Below, one piece after another: positions 1 to 13,640 of a stretch of DNA of 64,000 bases. Made by a program: the position numbers and the translations under genes. Each line of letters begins with the position of its first letter. Positions within the stretch are counted from its first letter, which is position 1. The DNA comes from Lama glama (taxonomy: Eukaryota), in contig CM052816.1 in the NCBI GenBank assembly GCA_028534125.1, positions 31,498,001 to 31,562,000 of the forward strand, read 5' to 3'. Below the pieces are notes generated by a model. The model searched no databases, was not told the DNA's origin, and saw only the letters and a program-made list of their open reading frames with translations.

Positions 1-3000
1 AGAGTAGGTTCCTTTCACACTTTTTAAAATTAAAGTGGTGTTGAGAGGGTTTTTTCATTCATCATATCGTTTCCCCAAATTAGACCAAGTTAAGAATATT
101 GACCAAAGGCTTGCAAGCAGACTCTTTCATTGAGGTTTCTGGTTTTAACAGAGACCAGCAAAAATAAAACATTTGAAAACCCCCCAGAAGGAAAACTGTA
201 GAAGGAATACTTTACTAATTAGAGGAGATTACATGGAACCAGAAATTCACAAGGTGGCCAGGCAAATTTGGAAAATTTTGGTGTACTATTTTACGCATAT
301 CAAGCTAGCAAGAATTTTAAAAATACAGTGTCCAGTGGGGACAAGTTTTGGCGAATTCAGCACACTCTCTTTTTTGCTGGTAATATAGCAGATTGGCCTA
401 ACTCTCTGGGACAATATTGATGAGAAGCCAGAGAGATGTTCCATAATTCAGCTCCTAGAAATTTATCCCAAAACAATACATGAAAGGAAGAAAACAACTT
501 AGACAACTTGAAAATGTTCATTGTTCTAGTAATAGGGTGCCCCCTCTCTGCTAGTCCAGTTCCTTCCCATCACCCTTTCAGGAGCAGGGTAGTGACCCCT
601 CTGGGCTTACAGTGTCCGGCCAGCCTTGCAGGGGAGGTGATCTGTCTCACAGGCACTTGAAATGCCTTGAGTCTCAGGCAAGGCCGATGAGTCAGAGCTA
701 TGGATGCAGTGACACAAGGCTTCCCCTCAGAGGTAGACTGGGTGTTTGTCTTGGCTCCTAGAGGTGGTTCCTCTTTTCTCTGCCATCCCCTAGGCACTTA
801 CCAGAATGGGTATTCAGAGGCTCCTTCTGGTCCTTTCCCCCTTTTCTACTTCTCCAGTTCTCATCTGTACTGCTTGCAGACTCCTTGACCCAGAATCCAT
901 GGTTCTTCTTGTTATATCCCCAAAGCATTCTGAGGCTTTCAGGAAGACAGTAATTGATGATTAAACCAGAATCCAAAGCCTTAGCAACCCAACCAATCCA
1001 AATCAAACCAAGCAAGCCAAACAAAAAACTTTGCCTTCCCAGTCATAGAAGGTACCCTAGGAGGTAGGTGTTTAGAAACACAATGTAAGATCTTTCAGGA
1101 AAAAAGAAAAAGGAATTTTAGTTGAGTCCCTATTTATGAAAACAAAGGTTGGAAGAACAAATACTGCCAAAATCTTTAGAAATGGAGATAACTTCCAATA
1201 GGAAGTTGATAAGGAAATCAGTAGGCTTCAAATATTTCTATGCACATACATGAAATATCATTTACCCTCCTACATATTTCCAGGTGAACATCTAAACTTT
1301 TTTGTCACAAAGTTAAGCAGTTGCAAAGGATGTAACATCCTGCATGCTGTAAAAATTGTCATTTTAAAACAGAATTTGTCACTCTTTTAAATGAATCCAA
1401 TGAAACCTAAAAACCGTAGCAATTATGCCTATTATCAACCATTTAAAGACTATATGAACCAACTCTTCTTTATCTTCAGTTTATTTTACATAATTATTTT
1501 TCTGTTCACACTTATAACTCCATTCCACATCCCCATCCCTCAGGAGTGTATCTTAATTTAATGTATTTTTATATTTGAATATGTTTTATTAATCATCCTA
1601 TTCTTTTTCTCTGCAATGAAAATGTAATATATTTAATTTTTAAATTTCCTGTGACTGAATGACCGTGTGTGCTGGAACATTTTCTTTCAGATTAAGGTAT
1701 TATTATATTTATTAGTAATGGTCAAGTATTCAAAACAATACAAAATATATTACACATTTTTAAATTATTAAACCTATAATTTTTTATAATTAGTGTATGC
1801 ATTTGTTGTTAAATAGTACATCTTAACAAGAATGAGACTGAGTTTAGAATCAATGTTTTCTCAATTTTTCATTTTTATAAATTCAAAGAAAATATTTTTA
1901 CATTAATAAGTATATGGGGCTATAAGAAGTGTTGTCATACAATGTCACTCAATTGTTTGAACTCCTTCCAATTTATTAACTCACTTAGTTATCTCAAGGT
2001 CATTCTTTGTTGAAAACAATTATTTGGAAATCACCTGACTTGCAAAAGAATTTGCTACACAGTCATTAGAAGTATACTCTCTCTCAGTACAGCCCAGTAT
2101 TTCAAATTGATAAAGAACTGACAAAGGCTGCCTGAGGGTTTTACACACTGGAGCAATGCACCATTTTAAGATTCTCAGTGAATGAAAGTTACGATCTTTC
2201 TTTTTGCACTTTGGGAAATCTATGGCTTTTGTGAATGAGTTGGGAAATGAAACAGGAAGACACCTTATTGCATTCCTTCACCAGGAAATCAGTTTTAGGA
2301 AATAACATAGATGCAAGTTGAAGACTCAGAAACTGGCGGTCTTAAAACTAAGTGTGTACCCATCCCTTGAAAATCCCTTGGGGGATGCACATGGCAGTTT
2401 GAAGACCACTGATGTAAATTTTTACATCATGTTATTGCATTTGATAAGAGAGATAGGTCAGCTTAGGTTAGACCTTGTTTGGGAAACTGTAAACTGGTGC
2501 TGACACCTTGGGAGTATAGAAGGGTGACTGGTAACAGGAGGGATAAAACAGTTAATCCCTCATGGTTAGGCTGATTTTTATTGATGGATGCTTTCATCCT
2601 TTATATTTCATCCTATATATATATTTATATTCTGTCCTCTATTTTCTCAGTGGGAGTAACCTTAACTTCAGTTTTACGGTGCTGATGCTGAGCCTATACA
2701 TTGACTGCCTAAGAGGAATATAATGCCCCACTTAAAAATGATTATTAAGACTATAAAAACACGAGAGATCTTCAGAGTATGGTAAGGGAGAAAAGCAAAA
2801 CATATAGTTGTATGAAAACTATTATTTCAGTTATACAAAACGACATAAACTTCTGGACAAACCTAAGTAAAGATGCAAAAATGAAGTTGTGATTTTTAAT
2901 GAAATGTCTTTAATGATGTATTACTTTTTAAAGAATAATGATGATGACAGTTATGGTGCTGGGTGTCGTCAATCAATCTAATCTAATACTCTCTCTCTGT

Positions 3001-3589
3001 GGTACCAAGAATCTGTGTGTGGGTTTAAATTCTCCAAAATAAAATGTTCAGGAGATTGAAAACTACATTTAAAAAAAAATTTCTCATCATGATTCACTAC
3101 GGGTGTTATTCTCCAAACATATTTTAACTCTTCTTCAACCTAGTTAATACATCCCATGTGTTAACGTCACAAATACCACAAGTGTATCTTCGGCTGTACG
3201 AAGTAGTCATTCTTTTCATTTACATTAACTGTCAGCTTGCTTTCATTTCCTAGTTTTATTGTTGAAAGAGTAAAGGACTCCACCTTCTTGCCTTATACTG
3301 CTCTTAAGTTTTACTATTCTTTGTAGCTTTGTATTTTTTTAGAGTCCATATTAAAAAAAAAATCATGTTTGTCAGGTTCCAAAGCTAATCTTTTTCTCAA
3401 ATTTGTTTTCTTGTGTTTTTGTTTCGCTCTTCGAGGCCTCAAAACGAGTTCGGTATATTCCAGGGCCCATAACAGGAAGAGGCTAGTCTGCGAGCCTTTA
3501 TGTGTGAGAGAAAGTAATAATGGTTACCATGCCTCTGGGGGTTATGGCTATGGGACCCAAAAGTCCCCGAAAAGAGCGCCCAGAAAGCT

Positions 3590-4650
3590 GGGAAGAGAGG
3601 ACCCCGCCGCGACGTCTCCGCCACCGCTCCGTCGACCGCCGGCCTCGGCTGCCCGCCGTAGCCCCGCCCCCGGCGCACCCCACGCAGGCGCGTCCTCCGC
3701 CGGGCTCGCGGCCCCGCCCCCCGCGCCGCCCGGCCCCTGCCGGCCTCCTCTCTCCGCCCCTAGGCGGTTGCTCGCGGCGGCCGCCGCCCTCTCCCGGCCC
3801 AATGGCGCGGCTGCCGCGTCAGTGATGTGAAGCCGTGCCCGGGCTTGTCCGGCCCCCGGCCCGCAGCCCATTACACCATCCGCCGCGGCAGCCGCTGCAG
3901 CCCGCGCAGATTGGGAGGGCGGGAGGCAGCTCGGCGTGGCGGGGCGGGGCGAGCGGCGCGGCCGGATTCATTCCTGTGAGGCGCGGGGCATGGAGGAGCT
4001 GTGCAGCCGCAGGCGGAGCAGGGCGGCCCGGGCGGCAGCGCGGAGAACGGTTTCCATTTGAAGGGGGCGGCCCGAGCCCAAGCGGACAGCGGCGGCTGGG
4101 AAGACTAGCCCCTGGGCAGGTAGTGGCAGCGGCGGCGGCCTGCGGCGCCCGCGGGGAGGCCTGGGCGGGAAGGGGAAGGAGGGCGCCCCCAGCAGCGGAA
4201 GGCGGGCGACGGGCTGGAGGCCACAGGCTCATCGGCCCAGGGGCGGCGGGTGGGGGATGGGGGTCGTGCTCGATCGAGGAGCTTGGGGAGGGGGCTGCCC
4301 GTTTCTGGAAGAGGTAGAGGTGGAGGTTGTGTAGGGGCGACTGTGGTTTGGGGAACCTTCGGACCCCTTGGCGTGGGTCAAAATGGGGCGGGCGAAGTTA
4401 GCTAAAAGGCAGCCGGATTTCCTGAGAGCCTCGAGTAGTTGTAAAGGAAAGCGAACCTTTCGGGTGAGGGTTTTGGCGTTAGCTGGCCGTGGTTTGTGGG
4501 ATCCGACCTTTTTTGTTCCTGCTCGAAAGCCATCCTGGCCACAACGAGGCCTTCCAGCCTCGCGCCCTTGGCCGGCTCTCCTTTGCAGATGCGAGAAAGA
4601 GAAACATTTCTGCACCCGCGCGTCTCCTGCCTCTTTCGGTTGTACTCTCC
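3590..4650 (+). promoter_or_regulatory. FEM1C: CpG island / FEM1C promoter and non-coding exon 1 (exon 1 boundaries not resolved)
   Basis: Abrupt GC- and CpG-rich block in AT-rich DNA. GC boxes GCCCCGCCCC at 3661-3670 and 3711-3720, GGGGCGGGGC at 3941-3950, CCAAT at 3799-3803, half-CRE CGTCA at 3817-3821. Lies just upstream of the exon 2 acceptor. Confidence 0.88.
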
Positions 4651-4892
4651 CTGGGCGTGTGCAGAGCAAAACTGGAACAAAGCTTGGCTAGGAGGCGAGA
4701 AAACCGGTTGCCTGTAGTGTTTACATTGACGGTATATAGAAAAGAGACTGCTTCTCACCGGCACATTTGAGTCTCTGGGTGTCCCTTTTTGTATTCTCCT
4801 TTCCCGCCCCCCGCAGTAGAAATTAAGAAAACGGTTGTTTTTGCCTTTACCTCTGAAAGATTCAAAACTGCTACTTTTCTTTCTTTCTCTAG

Positions 4893-5083
4893 TTTGGTGC
4901 TCAGGTTGTCAGATGTTGGAAGGCAATAAACAGAACAGACTCTCCGTGGTATTATATTCATTCTGGGGTGCGGTGGTTAACATTGAACTTTGGTTCCTGT
5001 AACTCTTGCCTGGGTGTCGATAGAGTTAAGCCGGAGCTTTGCTTTGAAGGATAAATAAAGCACAGCCTCTCAACTGGACATAA
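4893..5083 (+). other. FEM1C: FEM1C exon 2, 5' UTR portion
   Basis: Strong polypyrimidine tract and acceptor ttttctttctttctctAG ending at 4892. In-frame TAA (5081-5083) directly precedes the start ATG. Confidence 0.75.
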
Positions 5084-5627
5084 ATGGATCTAAAGACAGC
5101 AGTATTTAACGCAGCTCGAGATGGCAAACTCCGGCTTCTCACCAAATTGTTGGCAAGCAAATCCAAAGAGGAGGTTTCCTCCTTGATCTCTGAAAAAACA
5201 AATGGGGCCACGCCACTCTTGATGGCCGCCAGGTATGGGCACCTTGACATGGTGGAATTCCTCCTAGAGCAGTGCAGTGCCTCCATAGAAGTCGGGGGCT
5301 CGGTCAATTTCGATGGCGAAACCATTGAGGGGGCTCCCCCTTTGTGGGCCGCTTCTGCAGCAGGACATCTGAAGGTGGTTCAGTCTTTGTTAAATCATGG
5401 AGCGTCCGTCAACAACACGACTTTAACCAATTCAACTCCTCTCCGGGCTGCCTGTTTCGATGGCCATTTGGAAATAGTCAAGTACCTTGTAGAACACAAA
5501 GCTGATTTGGAAGTGTCAAACCGACATGGGCATACATGCTTGATGATCTCCTGTTACAAAGGGCACAAAGAGATTGCTCAGTATTTACTTGAAAAGGGGG
5601 CTGATGTTAACAGAAAAAGTGTTAAAG
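5084..5627 (+). CDS. FEM1C: Protein fem-1 homolog C, first coding exon (N-terminal ankyrin repeats)
   Basis: MDLKTAVFNAARDGKLRLL...ADVNRKSVK matches the FEM1C N-terminus with repeated ankyrin motifs (TPLLMAA, PPLWAAS, TPLRAAC). Donor AAG|GTGAGT after 5627; 544 nt, phase 1. Confidence 0.97.
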
Positions 5628-8600
5628 GTGAGTTCATCTTCTTCATTTTAATTTTTTAAGTATTTACCATTTATTTTCAGGAAGTTTGGTACATGATTAT
5701 AAGCAGTGGTTTGAGTAAGCCAGCACTGACCTGTTTTGATTAGGTATCCCTTCCAGTATAACCTTGTTGATTGTTTTTTTGATGTTTGATAATACACTGA
5801 ACAAGTGTGATTTAAAAAAAGACCTCTATCACTGTGTTAAGTAGCATTTTCTCTTCTTATTTGAAGTAACTTCCAATTCTTGGGAAGTGGGTTCCCCAGA
5901 GTTACAGAGCATATTAATGGCAGTTGATCTGAGTCCTTAGACTTGTGTTTACTTGAATATATTTCAATGTAATGTATATTTTTTAGTTTTATTTATTTAT
6001 TTATTTTTAGAACACCCTTGGAGTAGAAACCACTATATTTAGTGGGTCATTGTCCTGTTTGTCTTAGGTAGGCATTTCATTTGTTATTCTGTCAGGGAAG
6101 GCTAGGCCAAACTGACCTGGAAGGATTAATGTCAATGAAAAGGAGAATCTTTGTTCCCTTATTCCCTACTTACTGTGTGGCCAATAGAAAATCCTTTTAT
6201 ATAAAACGTGTATTAAATATAGCAAGAGAGAAAACATTTTTTAAACTGCTGCAGCGCTGAGAACAAAACAAGGACTATCTTAAACAGATGTGGATTTGTT
6301 GGCTAGCAACAGTGTAAACATCTTTGTCCAGAAGAAGAGCTCGGGTTTATGAGTGTGTATATTTTTCAAATCATAGCTTAGGATTTTTTTTTAGCCCTTA
6401 GACACAACTTTTTTTGATAGTATAATTTTGATACTTAAGATTATTTTCCTTAAACATTTTTATTTGTACGACAGCAAAGTAATTCACTAATTTTAAAAAG
6501 CTATGTAAACTTAAAAGGAGCATACATATATGGTTAAAAAAAATCACACAATACGAATTGGTTTACAGTGTTTACAATGAAAAATAAGTCTTATCACCCC
6601 TCTTTCCTAGACCTCCAACCCACTGGCAACAATTACATACAGTGTTTGGGTGTCCTGGAGATAGTCTGTGCAAATACAAGTGTACTTGTCTGTATATCTC
6701 TCCCTCTTCTCTGTTAATTGATATTTACTATTCTGTTCTTTCTTTCTTTTTCAACTTTATCTTGGATGTCATTCAACTCCAGCACACACAGCTACCTCAT
6801 TCTGTTTTATGGCTGCACAGTATTTCATTGTATGAGTGTGCATAGTTTATTTATCTAGTCTCTGTTGATGGACAGCTAGCTAGATCACATCTAAAACAAA
6901 CAATGCTGCTGTGAATATTCTTGACAAATGTATGTCTTTGCACACCTGTGTGAAAACAGCTGTATTATAAGTACCTGTAAGTGGAAGTGCTGAATCAAAG
7001 TGAGTGTGCATTTATCATTGTGAGTGTCTGATTGCCTTTCAGAGAAGCTAAACCACACACTTATGGGGCACATAGTTACTGGACAGATTTATTGAAGTTA
7101 GTATAATCTTTTTTAAAAAGTTTGTCATAAAAATGATACAGGTGCATTGTGGTATTTTTGTAAATTTTTCTCCCAAGGAAATAAAAAATAATCTCACAAA
7201 ATTCCAGCACTTAAAGATAGTCCTTCCAAAGACTGAATTTTGCATTTAGATCTATGTGTGCAATTTCATTTTATATACTCTTCTATAACCTTTTTTTTTA
7301 GTTTAATAAATGTTATCTTTAATATCATTAATTATAGCTGCATACTCTTCTACATAGCTTCTGGTTTCTCACTATGATAAAATGATAAAAATGTTTCTGT
7401 AAACATTCTTTCTTATAAATGTTTTCATTGTTCCTGATTATCTTTGAGGGAGGTGTTGGATCAAAGGACAGCATGACTTTTTTTTTTTTTTAAACAATCA
7501 CTATTCTTTTAAAGAATGCTTGTTTTAAAAGAATGAATTACTGCTTAATTGACCATGTCAATATTGGGAATACTTTGAAATCATAACTAGAAGAGAAAGA
7601 GTTAAAAGATTTGGCTGCAGGTTTAGGCTTGTTGCATTTTTTTTGTTTGTTTTGGGCTTTTTGTTCATCAGCCTATTAATGATTGTTGGTAAACTCATGT
7701 ATTTGAGTCAAATTGGGGCATGTTTTAAACTCATGCCATTGGAGAGATGAGTACTGCTACTTTTCCCTTATGTTTTTTGAAGTTGGTTTTTATACTTCTA
7801 GAGATAGAATGTGTGAGAGAACTATATTTTAAATAGCACCTGTTTTAGTGAGCATTTTTCCCTAATAAACTGTGAACAGTGTTGAACTTGATTATCTTTG
7901 CTGTTTCAGAAGAATGTTCCTTTTAACCCCATCACCATGTAGCCTTGTACAAAAGGATGTGTATGCTGCTTTTGGCTAATTCTATAGTCATTTTCTAACC
8001 CCAGTAACAGTATTAATGCTTTTTTTTTTTAAAGTAGACATAACATGAGAGAAAACAATTTTATACCCAAAATTAGTTTCATATAGCCTCAATTTTATAT
8101 ACAGACATATATAATATAATACATATATGTGTATTGTATATATAGTACATCAGTTTGTGTGCAATACTTTTCCGTTTGCATCATGCCTTTTAAATTGACA
8201 CTGATTCTTAATGAATGTTGGGAGCAAATTAAAGTACGTATGTACCCCACCCTCACTCTGATCCTGAAACTTCCATTCTTTGGTAATAATTATCTCATTG
8301 ACTTTTCAGATTTTTTTAGTGGGTTAACTGGTAATTAAAAAAAAGAAACAGGAACCAATTGAAACTGAGGCAAGAAGACTGGAGAAGAGTCTGGTAGAGT
8401 ATCAAGGAAGGACTTTTTCCCCACATTTTTACCCCCATCCAAAAAATGGAAAAGACTGATTCAGACTAGGGATGAAATGGAATAATTTCGGTGGAAATTT
8501 TACATGTTGGCTGTTGGAAATGGTTCTGAAGAAAGAAGATACCAGTAGATTATGCTTGCTCTGCTTAAATATAAAATGCATGTAGCTTCTATATTCCATT

Positions 8601-11600
8601 ACTTTTTAACAGGCAGTTAGCATTTGAATATATTATTTAACCTCTTTCCATTACATTTTAACAGGCTGTTGGCATTTTGAACATGTTTTAACCTGAGGTG
8701 GAATTCATTCATTAATTGAGAGAGCACTTATTGAGTCCCTTGCGTGTGCCAGGCTGTTAGACTTAGGATAGACAAAGATGAGTAAAACAGGATATCCAGT
8801 TGTTGATTCCCTGCTCTTGGGAGCTCATGGTTTGATTGGAGAGACCATGAGCAAATACTTAAACCACAATATGGTAAGTGCAACAGTAGTGCTTTCGTCT
8901 CTTAGATTTTGGAAATACTTTATCCCCAACTAACTCATTACCTGCGGGAACAGTGAGTTCCCTTTTTCCCTATGCCATTCAAAAAGGAGAGAAAAACATA
9001 TTTAGAGATGCTTCTCCAGTTCAATAGAACAATTGATTTTTGAGACTGGAGAGTTGGTTGTCACTTAAAACTATAGACCGCAAATCAGAAGTGATTAGAC
9101 AAGCCCATCTTAGAGCTGTCGCACTGATCTCACTACTTCATGGTTATAGTCATCTTTGGCTTTCTTTGGTTCTTTTTTGTTTGAGTGGTTTTATTTGTTT
9201 TTGTTTTGACTCAGAATAGGACTTTGCAGATCCATGGAAAAGTTACTTAAACCCTTCAATTTTGCTTTTACACCCAAATTCAACTGGGAATTGAGCAGCT
9301 GGAAGTGACTGATTGATTACTGTAGACCGACAGAACAGCTCTGAGTTGGGATTGGGGATACTGGCCCCAGGGGCACACTATCCTCACGCACGGGTTGGTC
9401 ATTTTAGATACCCAAGGTAATTAAGTAAATTCCTGTGCATTCTCTGTAGGCAAGGCACTGTTGGACATTGTGGAGGCTATGAAAAGATACAGCATATCAT
9501 GTTTGCTGCTAAAGGAATGGTGTAAATTCATTCTGTAGGATTTTGGAAGACTGTATTTGTATTGACTGGAAAGATTTCATGGAGAAATTAAATGGGCTTT
9601 GAAAGGATTGCTAAAGTTCAGATCTGCAGAAGGGATTTGATACAGATTTTTAAGGCTTAGGAAATAGCATAAGGCACACTGATAAGTACGCTAGGAAGGT
9701 ACAGAAATTGGAAGGTAGGCATATGTATATACCAAAGGGCACTCAGGGCTATATTATAAAGGACATTGACTTCCAGGTAAATGAGTGATTTTATTCTTTA
9801 TGCAATGGTAAGCCAGTGAATGTTTTCAGCAGAGGAATTACTGAGTTTTTTGTTTTTTGGGTTTTTTTGGAGAAAGAGAAACCCATCTAATTACATTCTA
9901 ATTTTATTACATTATGAGCTCTTTGAGGCTAGAGACCTGGTGTTTGTATCCATGCTTTAGAAAGAGTATCTGGCCCACAGGGGGTATTTGGTAAATGAGC
10001 TTGTTGAATGAGTATGTCAGATTTAAGAGAGGAAAGATTATAAGCTCCTTGATGACAAGTACTGTGTTTTGTAGTCCTTTCAGTACAGAAATAAATGCAT
10101 AAAGACTTGAAGTAAAAAGTTAACTAATTGTGAAAAATGAGTAGTACAGGTAGAACCCTACAGGTTTCAGAAAAGGGAGAAATCCATGTAGGCACATAAG
10201 TGTAGTTAGCTTTAAAAGGGTTTGACAGAGACTTAGTTCTGGCAGTTTATTTGCCTTTTTATTATGGAAATTTTCTAACTTACATGTAAATGAAGAAAAT
10301 GGAGAGAAGAATACTTATCACCTTGCTTCAGTGTTTATCCACATTTGCCATTATACGTTAAAAAATATATCTCTCCCACTTCTTTTGTTTTCTGCAGTAG
10401 TTTAGAACAAACTCCAGGCATTATTTCTCTCCCACAGTATAGGCAGTTTGCAGTATAGACGTATTTCAGTCAAGACAATGTTAAAAACGAAATAAAACTT
10501 TTTACCTACTGTAAATCTAAAGGAATTTCATATAAAAAACACTGTAAATTAAGAATGGTTGATATTAAGATAATAGACAAAGATAATGACTGTTGTCATG
10601 TAGCTAGGTTATTTGTGTACTTCAGGACTGAGTGTAGGAAGCTGAAGTTCTCTTTTTCTTCTTTGAGAACTCTTGCTCAGCTCTTGGTTACCTCACAACA
10701 CATGTACTGGCAGAGAAGAGTGAAAAAGAGATTTAAAATTTCTTTCTACTCCGTAACATTCTGTATTTATTTTGATTTAATAATACTTTTAAAATAACTT
10801 ATTAGTTGAATTCATTAACATTTTAATCACAGGTAAAGTTGCTCCTACACATTGTTTCTTGTTCATTCTTTTCCCTCTTGTGTCCCTTGCACACTTCTCT
10901 GTATTTTCAGGAAAACTTGGTATCCTGCTTGGAGGAGGTAAGCTGTAGATGATGTGTGAATTCAGCGCAGCAGGGAAATATCCATTGTGTTCCTCTATCC
11001 CTGAAGATTGGAGTTTGAACTGTGAATCGTCACAAAATCGAACTGCAGTTGGTGAAAACAAGTAGATCCTGAACACTACTGCTATTTCAGAGTCATGCAT
11101 AGCAGCACAAACTTAAGGCAGAGGTTAAGTTGTATTTACTGACCTTTGAGTACACGTGGTTCCCTTGCTGAGTTCATCTTTATGAGATTTTAAGCACATT
11201 GATTCATTAACTTTGTTTAAAACAAAATTCAGGAAGCTCTTGGCATTGTAGAGATTTATGCTTCTGAGACATCAGGAATGTACGCGAAGGAAGACAGAGG
11301 TGGAAGAGCTGGGGAGAGGCCCCAGTAAAAAAGTCACATGGATGCAAATTTGACTAAAACATCTCTCTTCCTCTTTCTTCCCTTTCTTTGGGGAGAACTA
11401 CAGTTGAATAGAGTCTGAACTAGAATGTAAGTCTAAATTGTAATGTGAATGTTTTCATCAACTTTTACATCTTGTAATTTTCATGAAACTATACTAATAT
11501 TAGTTGATTTTAATTCTGATCCCTTAACTCAGGTCTTAGCTTTGAAAATTCTGTTTACTATCAAGACCCATTTTAAGGCAGGTCCTCACCCCCTGCTAGT

Positions 11601-11840
11601 CATAAAAATGCATCTTATGCCTTTTTTAGCATTTAACTTTGTCGTGAGCTCAAAGACCTGTATTGTTAAATTTCTCTGTGCTCGTAGCTCAATGCCTTAT
11701 ACAAAGAATTAATGAAAGGAGGGCACATGGTAATCTTGATACAGTTAGTTTTTTTATTCTATTTTTTATTCCTTTTTTCAAACTGCTGTCCTTTCTTTTT
11801 TTCTTTTTTCTTTTTTTTTAAATAAGGTTTCTTTTTTTTT

Positions 11841-12125
11841 AATTAGTTTGCTAGGGCAGCCATAACAAGATACTATAAATTGAATGTCTTAAAAAAACAG
11901 AAATTCATTGTCTCACAGTTCTAGAGGCTACGAGTCCTAAGTCCTGGTTCCTTCTGAAAGCTGAGAAAAGGATCTGTTTTAGGCCTCTCTGCTTGGCTTA
12001 TAGATGGTTGTCATGTTCCCATGATGTTCTCCCTGTAGGAGTGCCTGTCACCAAATTTTCCCTTTTTATAAGGATACTACTCCTACTGAGTTGGGGTCCA
12101 CCTTAATGACCTCATTTTTAACTTG
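11841..12125 (-). mobile_element. MaLR (MLT1-type) LTR fragment
   Basis: attagtttgctagggcagccataacaa...tctcacagttctagaggc is the reverse complement of the typical MLT1 3' end. Confidence 0.7.
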
Positions 12126-12825
12126 CTCAGTTAGAGCTGCTGGGTATTGATGCTGCTTATTATGCCTATAAAATGTACTTCTTTATTTTTTCCCTCCTTT
12201 TTCAGTTTTATTAGGTAGAATTATTACAGTTTGACTGCACATACACATTATATTGCATATCGATACATATATACAGTATACTGCACTTTTTTTTTTTTTT
12301 TTAGTTTACGTATTCAAACTCCTGTCCTTGAGTATCTGTGGTGTTGGAATAAATATGGGGAAGGGAAACATTGTGAGCAGAGGAAACTTCTAGTACTCCT
12401 TTGGTATCCTAAAGTGTTCCTCTCTACCCCTTCTTGCCTCCTCCCTTAACACATACCATTTACCTTTTCCAGAAATAAAATGCTTGGAATCAGCATTGTT
12501 GTGCAGTTGAACCGCATACCCACCCATCTTTACAGATGGACCTCTCAAAAACTCAGCCCAGCTGCAAAGTTGGAGAGTGGATGCCAAGCAAACCAGGCTA
12601 AAGAGGAGAGATGAGAACTGTTTCTGTGCATTTACAGACAAATCTGTTAAAAAAGACCTTTTAATTTCAGCTTCTATCAGTCAAAACTTACACTTTTACC
12701 AAAAACACGAGTACTTTGATTTTAGAACAGCTTTGAGACATCACATACCATTCACCATTTTAATTTTTTATTTTTTAATTAAAAATTTTTTTCGTGATAG
12801 TTGCAATAAATAGAGGTGTTTTTCT

Positions 12826-12962
12826 TTAATTTAATTTTCTTTTTTTGGTGGTGGGCAGATAATTAGGTTTATTTATGTATTCTTTTTAGTGGAGGTACTG
12901 TGCATTGAACCCAGGACCTCCTGCATGCTAAGCATGAATTCTACCACTGAGCTATACCCTCC
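12826..12962 (-). mobile_element. tRNA-Ala-derived SINE (Vic-1-like)
   Basis: Reverse complement reads ggagggtatagctcagtggtag...gcttagcatgcaggaggtcctgggttcaat plus an A-rich tail. Confidence 0.85.
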
Positions 12963-13038
12963 ACTTCGCCATTGACCCTTTAAAAATTTTCCTTTTCCTT
13001 CCAGTTTTAATGAGACAATTGACATAGAGCACTGTATA

Positions 13039-13171
13039 CTTTTTTGGGAGGGAGGAGGAAGTAATTAGGTTGTATTCATTTATTTATTTATTTAAATGGA
13101 GGGACTGGGGAATGAACCCAGGGCCTCGGGCTTGCTAGACACGCTCTCTACCACTTAGCTACACCCTCCCC
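13039..13171 (-). mobile_element. tRNA-Ala-derived SINE (Vic-1-like), more diverged copy
   Basis: Same head with A/B boxes and acctaattac tail motif on the minus strand. Confidence 0.8.
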
Positions 13172-13179
13172 GCCACTAG

Positions 13180-13640
13180 TCACCCTTTTAAAGTGTGCAT
13201 AATCATTGGTTTTTAGTATGGTCACAGATTTGTACAACCACCACCATAATTACCTTTTCATCACCATCCTCCCCTGCCCCCCCCAAAAAAACCTGTACCC
13301 ATTAATAGTCACTTCCATTCTCCTCTTCCTTCTCCTGGAGATGCACTAGTCATAGACAACCACTGATCTGTCTTTATAAATTTGCCTGCTCTGGACATTG
13401 CATATAAGTGGAATCATAATGCATAATGTAGTCTTTCTTGACTTGCTTATTTCACTTAGCATAATGTTTTTAAGAGTCATCTGTTTTGTAGCATCAGTGC
13501 TTTTTTTTTTTTAATTGCTGTAGATATACCACATTTATCCATTCATATAAGTTGATGGGCGTTTAGGTTGTTTCAACTTTTTGGCTATTAGGACTAATGC
13601 TGCTGTGAATATTCATGTACAAATTCTTCTGTGGATCTCA
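13180..13640 (-). mobile_element. Old L1 3' end fragment
   Basis: catataagtggaatcat...ttcacttagcataatg...taggttgtttc...gctgctgtgaatattc is typical antisense L1 3' sequence. Confidence 0.75.

Noticed and set aside
3369..4770. Many overlapping 70-160 aa ORFs on both strands
   Set aside because: Low-complexity Pro/Ala/Gly/Arg translations expected from stop-poor CpG-island DNA; no recognisable domain.
5628..5659. ORF-track extension GEFIFFILIF of FEM1C
   Set aside because: Read-through past the canonical GTGAGT donor into the intron.
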